Assembly (NCBI GenBank): GCA_031372065.1
Contig: JANMKN010000008.1
Span: 1 to 64,000 of the forward strand
Direction of reading: 5' to 3'
From: Abditibacteriaceae bacterium
GTDB taxonomy: Bacteria > Armatimonadota > Abditibacteriia > Abditibacteriales > Abditibacteriaceae
Length of the DNA stretch: 64,000 nt
Shown here: piece by piece, positions 47,962 to 57,605 of the stretch
How positions within the stretch are numbered: position 1 is the first letter of the stretch
Layout: the number at the start of each line of letters is the position of its first letter
The notes under the pieces: generated by a model
What the model saw: the letters and a program-made list of their open reading frames with translations, nothing else
Told to the model about the DNA's origin: nothing
The model's database searches: none
Position numbers and translations under genes: made by a program

Positions 47962-49296
47962 TTACTTTGGCACGAAGGTTGGATTCAAATAACTAAGCAG
48001 CCACCAGAGCGAAAGCACATTCAAAGCGAAACCTACGCCAAGCCACGAAAACGCCAAAACGCGCACGCCTTTTTCGCCGATTAAGCCGCTAAAACCGCGC
48101 GCTAAAAACAAGCTGAATCCAATAAAAGCCGGAAACAAATAACGCCCACCTTCGCTCCAACCCCAATGCATGAAAAGCGCGACTTGCAAAACCGTGAGCC
48201 ACGTTAAAACAAACGCGCCGTAACAAGGCCACAAAATCAGGCGCGCTTGCCTGTCAGCGGTTTCTTGCCTGTCAGCAGTTTGCCGCGTTTTCCTCCAATA
48301 CGAAAGCGCGCTAATGCTCGCCACTAAAACATAAGCGGCAAAAAATAAATAAATCGCGCCCTGCACCGCTTCTACAGGGCCATCAGGCGTGCGTTGCATC
48401 AGCCAATCGCGCTGGCCCCACAAGGTATAAAACAAACGCCAGTTGGCAAAAGCAAAAATCAGAGGAAAATTAGGATGCATCATTTGCACTAATTTTCCGG
48501 CCTCCGGCAACGGCAAAGCCGGCGTCGGCGCGGCTTCGGGCAAAGGCGTCCATGTGCCGTAAATAATCATTGAACGAATATGCCACGGGCTGACAATTAC
48601 GGCGCCGACAACCAAAACCAAGAGCGCGCTTTGCCACGCCGCTTTGTTTTTAAAAACTGCTTTTCCATCGCGCGCGAGGAAAAATAAAAGCAGCGCCACA
48701 CCATCGCACAGCAGCGCCGTCGCTTTGCATAAACCACCGACTCCCATCGCTAAACCGAGCCACAAACAAGCGCGTTTATCGAGGTTGTCTTTGAATCTTA
48801 CGAGGAGCAGCCACAGAAAAACCGTGACGGCGCAGAACGTGGCGCTATCGTTGTTAATAGTCGAAGCCGTCATGCCCCACATCGGCAACAGCGCGATTTG
48901 CGCCACGACTAAACGCGCGAAATTCTGTGAGCCAATTTGTCGCGCAATTTGATAAATTAGGGGCAAAGGAAGGAGGCAAAGCGCGGTTGAAATCAAGCGC
49001 ACCAAATGCCATTCGCCCTCGCCGGGCAAGCCGCGAAACAAGGCGTAAAACGGCAGTAATGTTAAATAATAAAGCGGCGGATGAAAAGCGTGCGCGCCTG
49101 CGGTTTCTTTATACGGGTTGGTGCTTAAAATGATGGGCAATTGATGCGAATCGAGCAGCAATTTCACATAGTTCATGTGACGCTGCTCATCGGGGCCAAA
49201 GCCCAGCAAAATCGCAAAGTTGTAAGCGATGGCAAAAAGCGCCGCCATGTCCAGAATCAACCACAAACCTTTGTCGCGCCGCCAGTCTGTATTCAT
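47962..49296 (-). CDS. GT-C fold membrane glycosyltransferase (GT39/PMT-like)
   Basis: GPDEQRH, HPPLYY, INND, GLCKAT, GGRYLFP; multiple TM segments. Confidence 0.75.
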   Translation of the reverse strand: MNTDWRRDKGLWLILDMAALFAIAYNFAILLGFGPDEQRHMNYVKLLLDSHQLPIILSTNPYKETAGAHAFHPPLYYLTLLPFYALFRGLPGEGEWHLVRLISTALCLLPLPLIYQIARQIGSQNFARLVVAQIALLPMWGMTASTINNDSATFCAVTVFLWLLLVRFKDNLDKRACLWLGLAMGVGGLCKATALLCDGVALLLFFLARDGKAVFKNKAAWQSALLVLVVGAVIVSPWHIRSMIIYGTWTPLPEAAPTPALPLPEAGKLVQMMHPNFPLIFAFANWRLFYTLWGQRDWLMQRTPDGPVEAVQGAIYLFFAAYVLVASISALSYWRKTRQTADRQETADRQARLILWPCYGAFVLTWLTVLQVALFMHWGWSEGGRYLFPAFIGFSLFLARGFSGLIGEKGVRVLAFSWLGVGFALNVLSLWWLLSYLNPTFVPK

Positions 49297-49304
49297 AAAT
49301 TATC

Positions 49305-49408
49305 AACACAAAGGACACGAAGGATTTCACTAAGAAACACAAAGGTGATTTAAGAAACCCAGTTTCATCTTTGTGTTTCTTAGTGAAATCCTTCGTGTCC
49401 TTTGTGTT
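49305..49408. repeat. Perfect 40-bp inverted repeat with 24-nt spacer (MITE/REP-like)
   Basis: AACACAAAGGACACGAAGGATTTCACTAAGAAACACAAAG at 49305-49344; exact reverse complement at 49369-49408. Confidence 0.9.
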
Positions 49409-49420
49409 TCGCTTGCTCGC

Positions 49421-51895
49421 CTACTTTAAAACCACAATGGTCGCGCCGTCGCCGCCTTGATGCGGTGGCGCTTGATGAAATTCGCTGACGGCGCGTGTGC
49501 GGCTTAAAATGCGATGCACGGCGGCGCGCAGAGCGCCGGTGCCACGGCCATGAACGACGCGCACTTGCTCGGCTTCGGCCAGAATCGCGTCGTCCAGATA
49601 TTTTTCCAATTCCGGCAACGCTTCATCGGTGGTTTTGCCGATGAGATTCAATTCTTCGGGCACACTGAGCGCCTTCGATAAACGAATGGCCGAAACGCCG
49701 CCTGCGGTGATTTTTGGCTGCGTTGCGACTTCAATATCATGCGCGTTGATTTGCATTTTTAAAGCGCCCACGCGCACTTCGACTTTGTTTTGGCGCGGCT
49801 GCGAGAGCAAAATCCCCTCGCGGTTGAGCGACTTCACCAAAACGGTGTCACCGTTGGCCGGAAACGGATCGGGCAAGCGTTTTTCGGCGTGCGTGACGGC
49901 GCGCGTCGCTTGTTTTTCGCTTTCGGCCTCGACGCGTTCGCGCATGGTTTTCAAGCGACGGCGCGCATCTTCGGTTTGCTTCGATTCGCGCCCGCCGGAA
50001 CTGGCATTGCGCAGTTCGCGCAAAATGGCGTTGGCTTCGTCCTGCGCTTGTCGCACGGTTTGCGCGGCTTCGCGTTGGGCGTCTTCGATTTCCTTATCAA
50101 GGCGCACTTCCAGTTTGGCGAGACGCTTTTCGTAGTCGCGGCGCAAGCGCTCAGCTTCGGCGCGTTCGCGCGCGGCGGCGAGGCGCTGTTCTTCCAATTC
50201 GCGCTGCGTTTCTTCCAAGCGTTGCGTGGCAGTTTCGGCTTCGGCGCGGGCCTTTCCCAAATAGCGCCGCGCGCGTTGCACCAGTTCGGGCGGCATCCCC
50301 AAGCGCGAGGCAATATCCAAAGCGTTGCTGGCACCGGGCACACCAATTCGCAGGCGATACGTCGGACGAAGCGATTGCGAATCGAATTCAACGCTGGCAT
50401 TTTTGAAGCGCTCGGCGCTCAGAGCAAATTGCTTTAGTTCGCCGTAATGCGTGGTCGCCAAAACCCGCGCGCCGCGCCGCGCCATAGCGCGCAAGACAGC
50501 TTTGGCTAACGCGGCGCCTTCGTCGGGGTCGGTGCCCGCCCCCACTTCGTCCAATAAAATCAAATCGCCCGCTCCGGCGCGCCGCAAAATATGAACGATC
50601 TGCTTGAGATGCGAACTAAAAGTCGAAAGCGATTGTTCGATGCTTTGTTCGTCGCCGATGTCCGCGTAAATCGCACCCGGAATCGCCAAACGGCTGCCTT
50701 CTTTGGCCGGAATATGCAAGCCGCAACCGGCCATCAACGCCAGCAAACCCAGTGTTTTCAAAACCACCGTTTTGCCACCTGTGTTGGGGCCGGTGATGAG
50801 GAGAATATCGAAAGCGGGGCTTTGGTCTTTGGTCTTTGATCTTTGATCTTTGGTTTCAACCTCTGAGGGATTATCTGATTCGTCGGCACCCTCCCCAAGA
50901 CCTAAAACCAAAGAACCAAAACCCAAATAAATATCATTGGCAATCGGGTTTTCAATCAGCGGATGGCGCGCTTCTAAAAAGCAGAGGCCGGAGATTTTCG
51001 GGTCGTCATCAAGCAGCGGTTCGACGGCGTTCATGCCCCGAGAAAGTCGCGCTTTGGCGAACCAGAAATCCAAGTCGCCTGCGGCTTCAAGCAGGTTTTT
51101 TAAATCTTCGTGAACTTCACCAACTTTTGCCGAAAGATTGCTGAGAATTTCGAGCATCGCTTCGCGTTCTTCGACGCCCAGTTCGCGGATGCGATTATTC
51201 AATTCGACAACGGCTTGCGGCTCGACAAAAAGCGCCGCGCCGCTGTTGCTGCGGTCATGCACAATGCCGGGCACTTGCGAACGCCGGTCGGCGCGCACCG
51301 GCAGGCAATAGCGCCCATCACGCACTGTCACAAAAGCATCTTGCAGCGCGGTTTGGATATTCGGGTCGGACAGCATACGACGCAAGCGTTCCTGCACATC
51401 GTTTTGCGCTTGCTGCTTATTGCGCCGCGCTTTGAGAAGGCGAATCGAAGCATCGTCTTTGAGTTCGCCGCTGGTTTCGTCAATAGCCGATAAAATCGCT
51501 TTTTCAATTTGCGGCTGCGGTTGCAACCACGCGACGCGCGCGTGCAAAATCGGGAAATCTTCGGCTTCACGATGCAAAATCAAATCGCGCAAACGCGCGG
51601 CAGAGTGCGCGAGTTGCGCGACTTGCAACAATTCTTCGGCTTCGAGAACGGAATGAATGGAGGCGCGCTGCAAGTGTTCGCTGATATCGCGCACGCCGCC
51701 GAAAATTGGCTGTGCGCCGCTATCTAAAAAGCGCCTTGCTTCGGTTGTTTCGGCCAAACGGCGGCGCGCTTCGTCGGGCCGCGAAGTGGGTTCAAGCGCC
51801 GCGATGCGGGCGCGACCGGGCACACTGGCGGCCTGTGCTTCGAGGCGCGCCAGAACTTTATCCAGTTCTAATAATCGCAGTGTGCGCGGTTCCAT
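49421..51895 (-). CDS. mutS2: Endonuclease MutS2
   Basis: RDGRYCLPV, GIVHDRSNSG..FVEP, ARHPL, ITGPNTGGKT, DIGDEQSIEQSLSTFSSH, DEVGAGTDP, TTHY, C-terminal Smr domain VVHGRGTG. Confidence 0.97.
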   Translation of the reverse strand: MEPRTLRLLELDKVLARLEAQAASVPGRARIAALEPTSRPDEARRRLAETTEARRFLDSGAQPIFGGVRDISEHLQRASIHSVLEAEELLQVAQLAHSAARLRDLILHREAEDFPILHARVAWLQPQPQIEKAILSAIDETSGELKDDASIRLLKARRNKQQAQNDVQERLRRMLSDPNIQTALQDAFVTVRDGRYCLPVRADRRSQVPGIVHDRSNSGAALFVEPQAVVELNNRIRELGVEEREAMLEILSNLSAKVGEVHEDLKNLLEAAGDLDFWFAKARLSRGMNAVEPLLDDDPKISGLCFLEARHPLIENPIANDIYLGFGSLVLGLGEGADESDNPSEVETKDQRSKTKDQSPAFDILLITGPNTGGKTVVLKTLGLLALMAGCGLHIPAKEGSRLAIPGAIYADIGDEQSIEQSLSTFSSHLKQIVHILRRAGAGDLILLDEVGAGTDPDEGAALAKAVLRAMARRGARVLATTHYGELKQFALSAERFKNASVEFDSQSLRPTYRLRIGVPGASNALDIASRLGMPPELVQRARRYLGKARAEAETATQRLEETQRELEEQRLAAARERAEAERLRRDYEKRLAKLEVRLDKEIEDAQREAAQTVRQAQDEANAILRELRNASSGGRESKQTEDARRRLKTMRERVEAESEKQATRAVTHAEKRLPDPFPANGDTVLVKSLNREGILLSQPRQNKVEVRVGALKMQINAHDIEVATQPKITAGGVSAIRLSKALSVPEELNLIGKTTDEALPELEKYLDDAILAEAEQVRVVHGRGTGALRAAVHRILSRTRAVSEFHQAPPHQGGDGATIVVLK
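50820..50927. repeat. Heptamer-repeat inverted element inserted in frame in mutS2
   Basis: (CTTTGRT)x5 at 50820-50854 and complementary degenerate ACCAAAG-like x5 at 50893-50927. Confidence 0.8.
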
Positions 51896-51982
51896 TTTGA
51901 AATGATTGCTTGTTCCGCAAAGATTTTAGCGAACGCGGACATCTCGTGCCGTTTCTAACAGTTGCTACAATCTTTCATGGTC

Positions 51983-53743
51983 ATGGCAAATCCCATTCTC
52001 ATTCGCGAAGTGCGCGGACGCTGGCGGCGTCCGATTAGTTATATCATTTTGTTTTTTTACGGCGTGATTTTGGCGTCGCTGATGGGTTTCGTTTATGCCA
52101 GCAACGTAAATGGCGTGAATTTATCCGATGATGGCGCAGGCAATCTATTAGGACGCAGATTATTCAGCGGCTTTTTAGGTCTGCAAACCGGCGTGTGGAT
52201 GCTGCTCGCTGCGGCCTTGACAGCGCCTTCGATTGCGGGCGAACGCGAACGGGGATTATTGCAAGGAATTCTGCTTTCGCCCGTCACGCCCGGCGCCATT
52301 GTGCGCGGCAAATTGGCTTCGGGACTGGGATTTATCGGCTTGCTTTTGCTGGTGCCGATGCCCATTACATCGCTGTGTTTCACGCTCGGCGGCTTGGCGC
52401 CATGGGAATTTTTGATTTCGTTTTTGCTGCTTGGCAGCACGGCGCTGTCGGGCGCTTGTCTGGGCCTTGCGGCATCCGCTTGCAACAAGCGCAGCGATAC
52501 AGCACTTATCACCTCATTCGCGATTACGCTCACGCTCAGTTGGCCGCCGGTGCTGGTAGCGCTGACGTTTAATCAAGGCTTTTTCGCGGCAGGTGCCCTG
52601 ATGTGCCTCATTTATCAGGCGATTTTAACGGCGGCGGCATTAGGCGTCGCTTCCGATGCGCTCAACAACATTTTGCCCGAACGCGAAGGCGAAATGAATT
52701 ACCAACTCAACTCGTTCGATCAGTTTGGTTTCGGCACGCCGGATAAAACTATCAACAGCATCGTTTTGGGCCGCGAGGACGATTTATCGTATGATCGCGC
52801 GGCGCTTTATGAGTATCAAACGCCACCGCTCATCCATAATGGCGCGCAAGCTGAAAAAACGACCTTTGCCGCCAAATCAAACGCCGTAAAACCGGCCAAA
52901 ACGTGGAAAGACACGCCGTTATCGGCGCTTATCAACTTCCAAAACCCGGTTATGCAGCGCGAAGTGCGCGCCCGCTTGCGACGACGCGCGCCTGAAGATT
53001 CGGGCAATACCTACGAATATCAAGGCGTGGATTACGTTGTTTTTATCGTTTTCCTCACGCTGACGCTGGGTTTAATCGCTTATTTGTCTGGTTCGGGGCC
53101 GACGTTGGGCGTTCTGTGGCTCTTGGGCGCGTTGGTAATTTCGTCCGTGAATGGTGCTTTGACTTTTGTGCGCGAACGCGAACAGCAAACTTTGCAGCCT
53201 TTGCTTTTGACGATGCTGTCGCCGGGAGAAGTTTTGCTGGGCAAAATGGGCGCGGCGTGTTTTATGGGCGCCCTTTATAGCGCGCCGTTTTTGCCGCTGG
53301 TTTTACTGAGCGCCACCAGCAATTTGTTGTTAGTGCCTCTGATTCTTTTGTTGGGAACCGGCGCCATTTGGCTCGGCGCGGCGATTGGCCTGAGTCTTTC
53401 GTGGCTTTGCCGACAAGCGGGCGTCGCGGTGGCTGGCGCATTTGCGGCAGCCGTCACTACTTTTGCGGCTTCATGGAATCTGACCGCTTATTGGTTCACA
53501 CACGGTGTGGCGCTGCCTCTGACTATCAATCTGACGCCCGCGCCGGTTTCACCAGTGAACCAATCAATGGTTACGCCGCCTGCTTCTCCAGAAATTTTCT
53601 ATTATACGCTGCCCATTGCCAGTTTTTGGATTGTTGGCGGCGCTTTGCTGCTTTTGATATTGCGGGTGCAACTCAGCCCCAAGGCGATGGAAAAAGATGG
53701 CACTTCGATTTGGAACCGCGACCTGACCAAAGAATACACTTGA
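51983..53743 (+). CDS. ABC-2 type permease, internally duplicated (paralog 1)
   Basis: NPILIREVRGRWR...IAGERERGLL...IVRGKL, then NPVMQREVRAR...FVREREQQTL...VLLGKM. Confidence 0.85.
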   Translation: MANPILIREVRGRWRRPISYIILFFYGVILASLMGFVYASNVNGVNLSDDGAGNLLGRRLFSGFLGLQTGVWMLLAAALTAPSIAGERERGLLQGILLSPVTPGAIVRGKLASGLGFIGLLLLVPMPITSLCFTLGGLAPWEFLISFLLLGSTALSGACLGLAASACNKRSDTALITSFAITLTLSWPPVLVALTFNQGFFAAGALMCLIYQAILTAAALGVASDALNNILPEREGEMNYQLNSFDQFGFGTPDKTINSIVLGREDDLSYDRAALYEYQTPPLIHNGAQAEKTTFAAKSNAVKPAKTWKDTPLSALINFQNPVMQREVRARLRRRAPEDSGNTYEYQGVDYVVFIVFLTLTLGLIAYLSGSGPTLGVLWLLGALVISSVNGALTFVREREQQTLQPLLLTMLSPGEVLLGKMGAACFMGALYSAPFLPLVLLSATSNLLLVPLILLLGTGAIWLGAAIGLSLSWLCRQAGVAVAGAFAAAVTTFAASWNLTAYWFTHGVALPLTINLTPAPVSPVNQSMVTPPASPEIFYYTLPIASFWIVGGALLLLILRVQLSPKAMEKDGTSIWNRDLTKEYT

Positions 53744-53958
53744 GGCGCCGCAACCTTAATTCTGTCCGCCGGAACCTTAATTTTACTGGCAGGAACGTTA
53801 ATTCTGTTCACCGGAACCCTAATTCTGTCCGCCGGAACCTTAATTGTATTGAAAATAACCTTGGCAGAGCCGAACATAACCTTAATTGGCCGAAAACTCG
53901 CCTCAATAATGTAGCATCAGCATCGCGCAACCGCGCCCTAACGAAAGAATACACTTAG
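53714..53958 (+). repeat. About eight 21-bp tandem units flanked by two diverged 30-bp copies of the permease 3' end
   Basis: Units CGCCGGAACCTTAATTCTGTC-like from 53746 to 53913; flanks AACCGCGACCTGACCAAAGAATACACTTGA (53714) and AACCGCGCCCTAACGAAAGAATACACTTAG (53929). Confidence 0.9.
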
Positions 53959-53974
53959 TCCGTTCGAGCATTCT

Positions 53975-55795
53975 ATGGAATTCAATCCCATTCTCACACG
54001 CGAATCGCGGGCGCGCTGGCGGCGACAGGCCTTTTTGCTGCTGTTTTTCGGCGTGACGATTTTCGCGGCCATCGTGTATTTCTGCTACAAAGAAAGCACG
54101 ACAACGTGGGAATACTCGCCGAACGGCAATTATAGTCAGGTAACAAAGGAAGCCAGTGCCGTCGGGCCGGTGCTATTTCAGCAGTTGAGCGTGTTTCACG
54201 TGGTCGGTTGGATGCTGTTGGCGCCGCTTTTGACGGCCACGGCAATTGCTGCGGAGCGCGAACAGGGCCTGCTCGAAGCCTTGCAACTCTCTCAACTCAC
54301 AGCGGGCGCCATTGTGCGCGGCAAATTATATTCAGCGCTGACTTTTGCTGGTTTAATCGTTCTGGCGTTGCTGCCGATTATCGCCATTTGCTTTCTATTG
54401 GGCGGCGTTTCGCCCGGCGAATTTTCGGGCGCCGCTTTGCAAACATTTGTCGCGGCGCTGTTGGGCATTTCCCTTGGATTGTGGGTTTCATCGCGCTGTC
54501 GCCGCGCTGTGCAAGCGGTCACCAATACCGTCGGATTGGCGATAATTTGGGGTTTTGGCACATGGCTCAGTCTTGTCCTGACGACGGTTTGGCCTTCCAA
54601 CTGGATTGATTTACGGGAGGGTTTGGTCTGGCTGAGTTTGCTCAATCCGGGCCTAACGATGGCATCATGGCTGAACATTGATGCCAGTTTGCTGCCTTCT
54701 TATGGCTGGACGCCTTTGGAACCGTGGCTCTGGGGCTGCCTGATGCAATTTGCGCTCAGTTTGTTGTTGCTGTGGATGAGCGCCCGTTCTATACGCAAAC
54801 CATTTGATGAACAATATTGGGTCGAAATCGGCGCGGGCACCGATGTAAAAGATTTAACCGACGCCAATGTGCGCAAGGAAATCAAAACCGGGCACAAAAC
54901 GAAAACGCACGTTCCGCGCGGGCGCTGGGAATTGCCAATTGTGAAATATATCAATCTGGCGAATCCGATTTTGCAACGCGATTTGCGCGCGAAATTCATT
55001 TTTCGCCGCGCCAAATTGGGCAATTTAATATCGAGCCTTATCGCTGGCATTCTGGCCGTCGGGTTTTATGGCTGGTTGCTGTGGCTGAGTTATACCGACC
55101 CCAAAACCATCGGCATCATCTGGCCTGCTTCAGCGGGCGGCTTGCTGTTAATTATGATTTTGGTGCCTGCGCTGATTGGCGCCAATGCCTTCACGCGCGA
55201 ACGCGAAGCCGGAACATGGGAAGGCATTCGCCTTTCGCTGCTTTCGCCGTCGGAAATTATTATCGGCAAGCAAATCGGCGCTTTTTCCATCGCGCCTTTG
55301 GTTTCTCTGGCTTTGGTGCCGTTTATTTATCCGTGTTTTGTGGCGATGGCAGCCCCAAAACCGGAATATGCCTACTATCCTGTTCCTCCGACAACATGGC
55401 AGATCTCTTTTACCTTTGTTCTGCTGAACGCCACCGCGTGGGCAAGCGCTGCGTGGGGCTTGCGCGTTTCGTGGGCTTCACGCAAAGCCGCCAGCGCGAC
55501 GGGTTGGACATTAGGTTCGCTTTTTATGGCGCTGGTGGTTGCTCCTATTTTGTTCGCTTGGCTTTTGGACAGCGTGTTGAGGTATCGAGGCCAAGATGAT
55601 ATGTTAGAGCTTCTCATGGCTCTACATCCTTATGGCGCCTTCGCTTTCTTATTCACCGACAATTACAACAACGATTTGCCTGTCCGACTTTTCAAAGTCG
55701 CAAGCGGCATCTTTTTCCTTGTTGTCTTCGGCTGCGTGATGCTTGCCGTTTTGCACGAAAGAATGCGCACTAACGCTGATAAAGATGACCGTTAA
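53975..55795 (+). CDS. ABC-2 type permease, internally duplicated (paralog 2)
   Basis: FNPILTRESRARWR...IAAEREQGLLE...IVRGKL; second NPILQRDLR...FTREREAGTWE...IIIGK. Confidence 0.85.
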   Translation: MEFNPILTRESRARWRRQAFLLLFFGVTIFAAIVYFCYKESTTTWEYSPNGNYSQVTKEASAVGPVLFQQLSVFHVVGWMLLAPLLTATAIAAEREQGLLEALQLSQLTAGAIVRGKLYSALTFAGLIVLALLPIIAICFLLGGVSPGEFSGAALQTFVAALLGISLGLWVSSRCRRAVQAVTNTVGLAIIWGFGTWLSLVLTTVWPSNWIDLREGLVWLSLLNPGLTMASWLNIDASLLPSYGWTPLEPWLWGCLMQFALSLLLLWMSARSIRKPFDEQYWVEIGAGTDVKDLTDANVRKEIKTGHKTKTHVPRGRWELPIVKYINLANPILQRDLRAKFIFRRAKLGNLISSLIAGILAVGFYGWLLWLSYTDPKTIGIIWPASAGGLLLIMILVPALIGANAFTREREAGTWEGIRLSLLSPSEIIIGKQIGAFSIAPLVSLALVPFIYPCFVAMAAPKPEYAYYPVPPTTWQISFTFVLLNATAWASAAWGLRVSWASRKAASATGWTLGSLFMALVVAPILFAWLLDSVLRYRGQDDMLELLMALHPYGAFAFLFTDNYNNDLPVRLFKVASGIFFLVVFGCVMLAVLHERMRTNADKDDR

Positions 55796-57581
55796 ACCAC
55801 GCGCCCATCAAGGCGCACGGCGGATTGATTCGTTGATTATTAATCCGATTTTGCAACGCGAATGGCGCGTGCGCTGGCGCGATGGCCGTGCCTTGTGGCT
55901 TTTAGGCGGCCTCGCGCTCATCCTCAACGGCGGGGCGCTGTTGGGATTAACTCGTCCCTTCAATTTAAATGAAGAATTCGCCACGCGTAGCCATGCCGTC
56001 TTTGCGCACTTGATGGTGCTGCAAACCTTGCTCGCGCTCTTGCTGGCGCCCGCTTTGACGGCCACTTCCCTTGCTCTCGAACGCGAACGCGGCTTGCTTG
56101 AAGCCTTGCACTTGACCGCACTCAGTCCTCGGCAAATCATCGCGGGCAAATGGAGTGGCGCCCTACTGTTTTCCTTTATTTTGTGGCTGATGCCGTTGCC
56201 AGCGATTTCGCCGTGTTTGGCTTGGGGCGGCATCGAAGCGGGCGAGTGGCGCGATGCTCTCATGCTGCAAATGGCGTCTTTGGGCGCGGGCGCGGCCATT
56301 GGCATTTGCTGCTCGGCTTGGAGCAGCCGCGCCGCCATCGCCTTGCGCATCAGCTATGGCATCACTTTATTTTGGGGCTTGTCCGGTTTTGTCGCTTTCA
56401 TTTCTTTGCGCTGGCCGCGCTGGAATCCTGTTTTACGCGAAATATTGACGGTCTTTGTGCAAATCAACCCGCCGCTGGTGACACTTTCGCTCAACGATTT
56501 GACTTTGCAAAGTAGCTTGCATTTGGCGGCGCAGCGACTGTTTCTTTCCGCTTTCAATCTTTGCACCGTTTTTGAAATTGTTTTAACGATTTGCCTGCTG
56601 ATGTTGGCAACTTTGGCCGTGCGAGGACCGTTGGATGCTGCCGAATGGTGGGAATTGCGTCGCAAACCGCAATTGGAAGCGCCCACTTCGCCCGCACTAC
56701 GCGATGCAGCGCCGACACATTTTGTCGAGCGCCTGACGACATTTTCCAATCCGGTTTTGATGCACGAAACGCGCGGCAAACTGCGAATGCGCCAGCCGCC
56801 AAAAGCGGTTATCGTGATCGAATTGTTGATGGCTTTAGGCGTGGGCACGATTTACGTTTCGCTGTTGTTCGCCGCGTGGTTTCAGCCGACAGGTTCGTTT
56901 TTGAGTCACTTTTTGGCCGGGGCGAGCGGCTTTGAACTGGGCCTGCGCGAAACCATTTGGCGCGTTCTGCCGTGGGTCGCGTTTTTGGTGATGGTTCCGG
57001 CGGGCGCCTTAATGGGCGCCACGGCTATCGTGCGCGAACGCGAAAGCGGCGCGTGGGAATCGCTAAGGCTATCGTTGCTCACACCCGGCGAAATTCTGTG
57101 GGGCAAAATCGGCGGCGCGCTGTGGATTTGCGCTATTTTTGCGCTGCCCTTGTGGCCGCTATTGTTGCCCGGCGTGCAATCTGTGGAATATCAACATTTT
57201 CTCGGCGATGTCAGCGACACACGCAATGGCGTGCCGCTAACGTTGGCACTCAGCGAAATTTCGATTTTGATTTCCACCGTTTTTGGCGCGACAACTTGGG
57301 GAATGTGGCTGGCTTGGCCGTGCCGACGCAGCGAAATCGCGGGCGGACGCGTGCTGGCAATTTTGGTCTTGCTGCTGGGCGCGGTGCCGCTGTTTTCGTC
57401 GCGGGCCGCGTTTTTGCATTTGTCGCTGTGGCATCCCGGCTGGGTGCTGTGGACACTGGAACAAGATTATCGCACCGAGCCTTTGGGCAGCCGCGTCGCG
57501 CCCGTGGTTTTGTTGTGGATAGTTCTCGGTTTGGTTTGCTGGATGGCTTGTTGGTGGCGCCTGAAACGCGAAATGCGATAG
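55785..57581 (+). CDS. ABC-2 type permease, internally duplicated (paralog 3)
   Basis: INPILQREWRVRWR...LALERERGLLE...IIAGKW; second NPVLMHETR...IVRERESGAWE...ILWGK; start position uncertain. Confidence 0.83.
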   Translation: MTVKPRAHQGARRIDSLIINPILQREWRVRWRDGRALWLLGGLALILNGGALLGLTRPFNLNEEFATRSHAVFAHLMVLQTLLALLLAPALTATSLALERERGLLEALHLTALSPRQIIAGKWSGALLFSFILWLMPLPAISPCLAWGGIEAGEWRDALMLQMASLGAGAAIGICCSAWSSRAAIALRISYGITLFWGLSGFVAFISLRWPRWNPVLREILTVFVQINPPLVTLSLNDLTLQSSLHLAAQRLFLSAFNLCTVFEIVLTICLLMLATLAVRGPLDAAEWWELRRKPQLEAPTSPALRDAAPTHFVERLTTFSNPVLMHETRGKLRMRQPPKAVIVIELLMALGVGTIYVSLLFAAWFQPTGSFLSHFLAGASGFELGLRETIWRVLPWVAFLVMVPAGALMGATAIVRERESGAWESLRLSLLTPGEILWGKIGGALWICAIFALPLWPLLLPGVQSVEYQHFLGDVSDTRNGVPLTLALSEISILISTVFGATTWGMWLAWPCRRSEIAGGRVLAILVLLLGAVPLFSSRAAFLHLSLWHPGWVLWTLEQDYRTEPLGSRVAPVVLLWIVLGLVCWMACWWRLKREMR

Positions 57582-57605
57582 CACCAATCGTCGTCAATTG
57601 AAATT

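Noticed and set aside
48246..48281. 18-bp tandem duplication in the GT-C gene (TADRQE/TADRQA)
   Set aside because: Two copies in a loop; consistent with ordinary slippage.
53368..53958. Independent 196-aa gene overlapping permease 1
   Set aside because: Its first ~125 codons are an off-frame overlap of the permease with no RBS; only the repeat-encoded tail is of interest and is reported as a finding.
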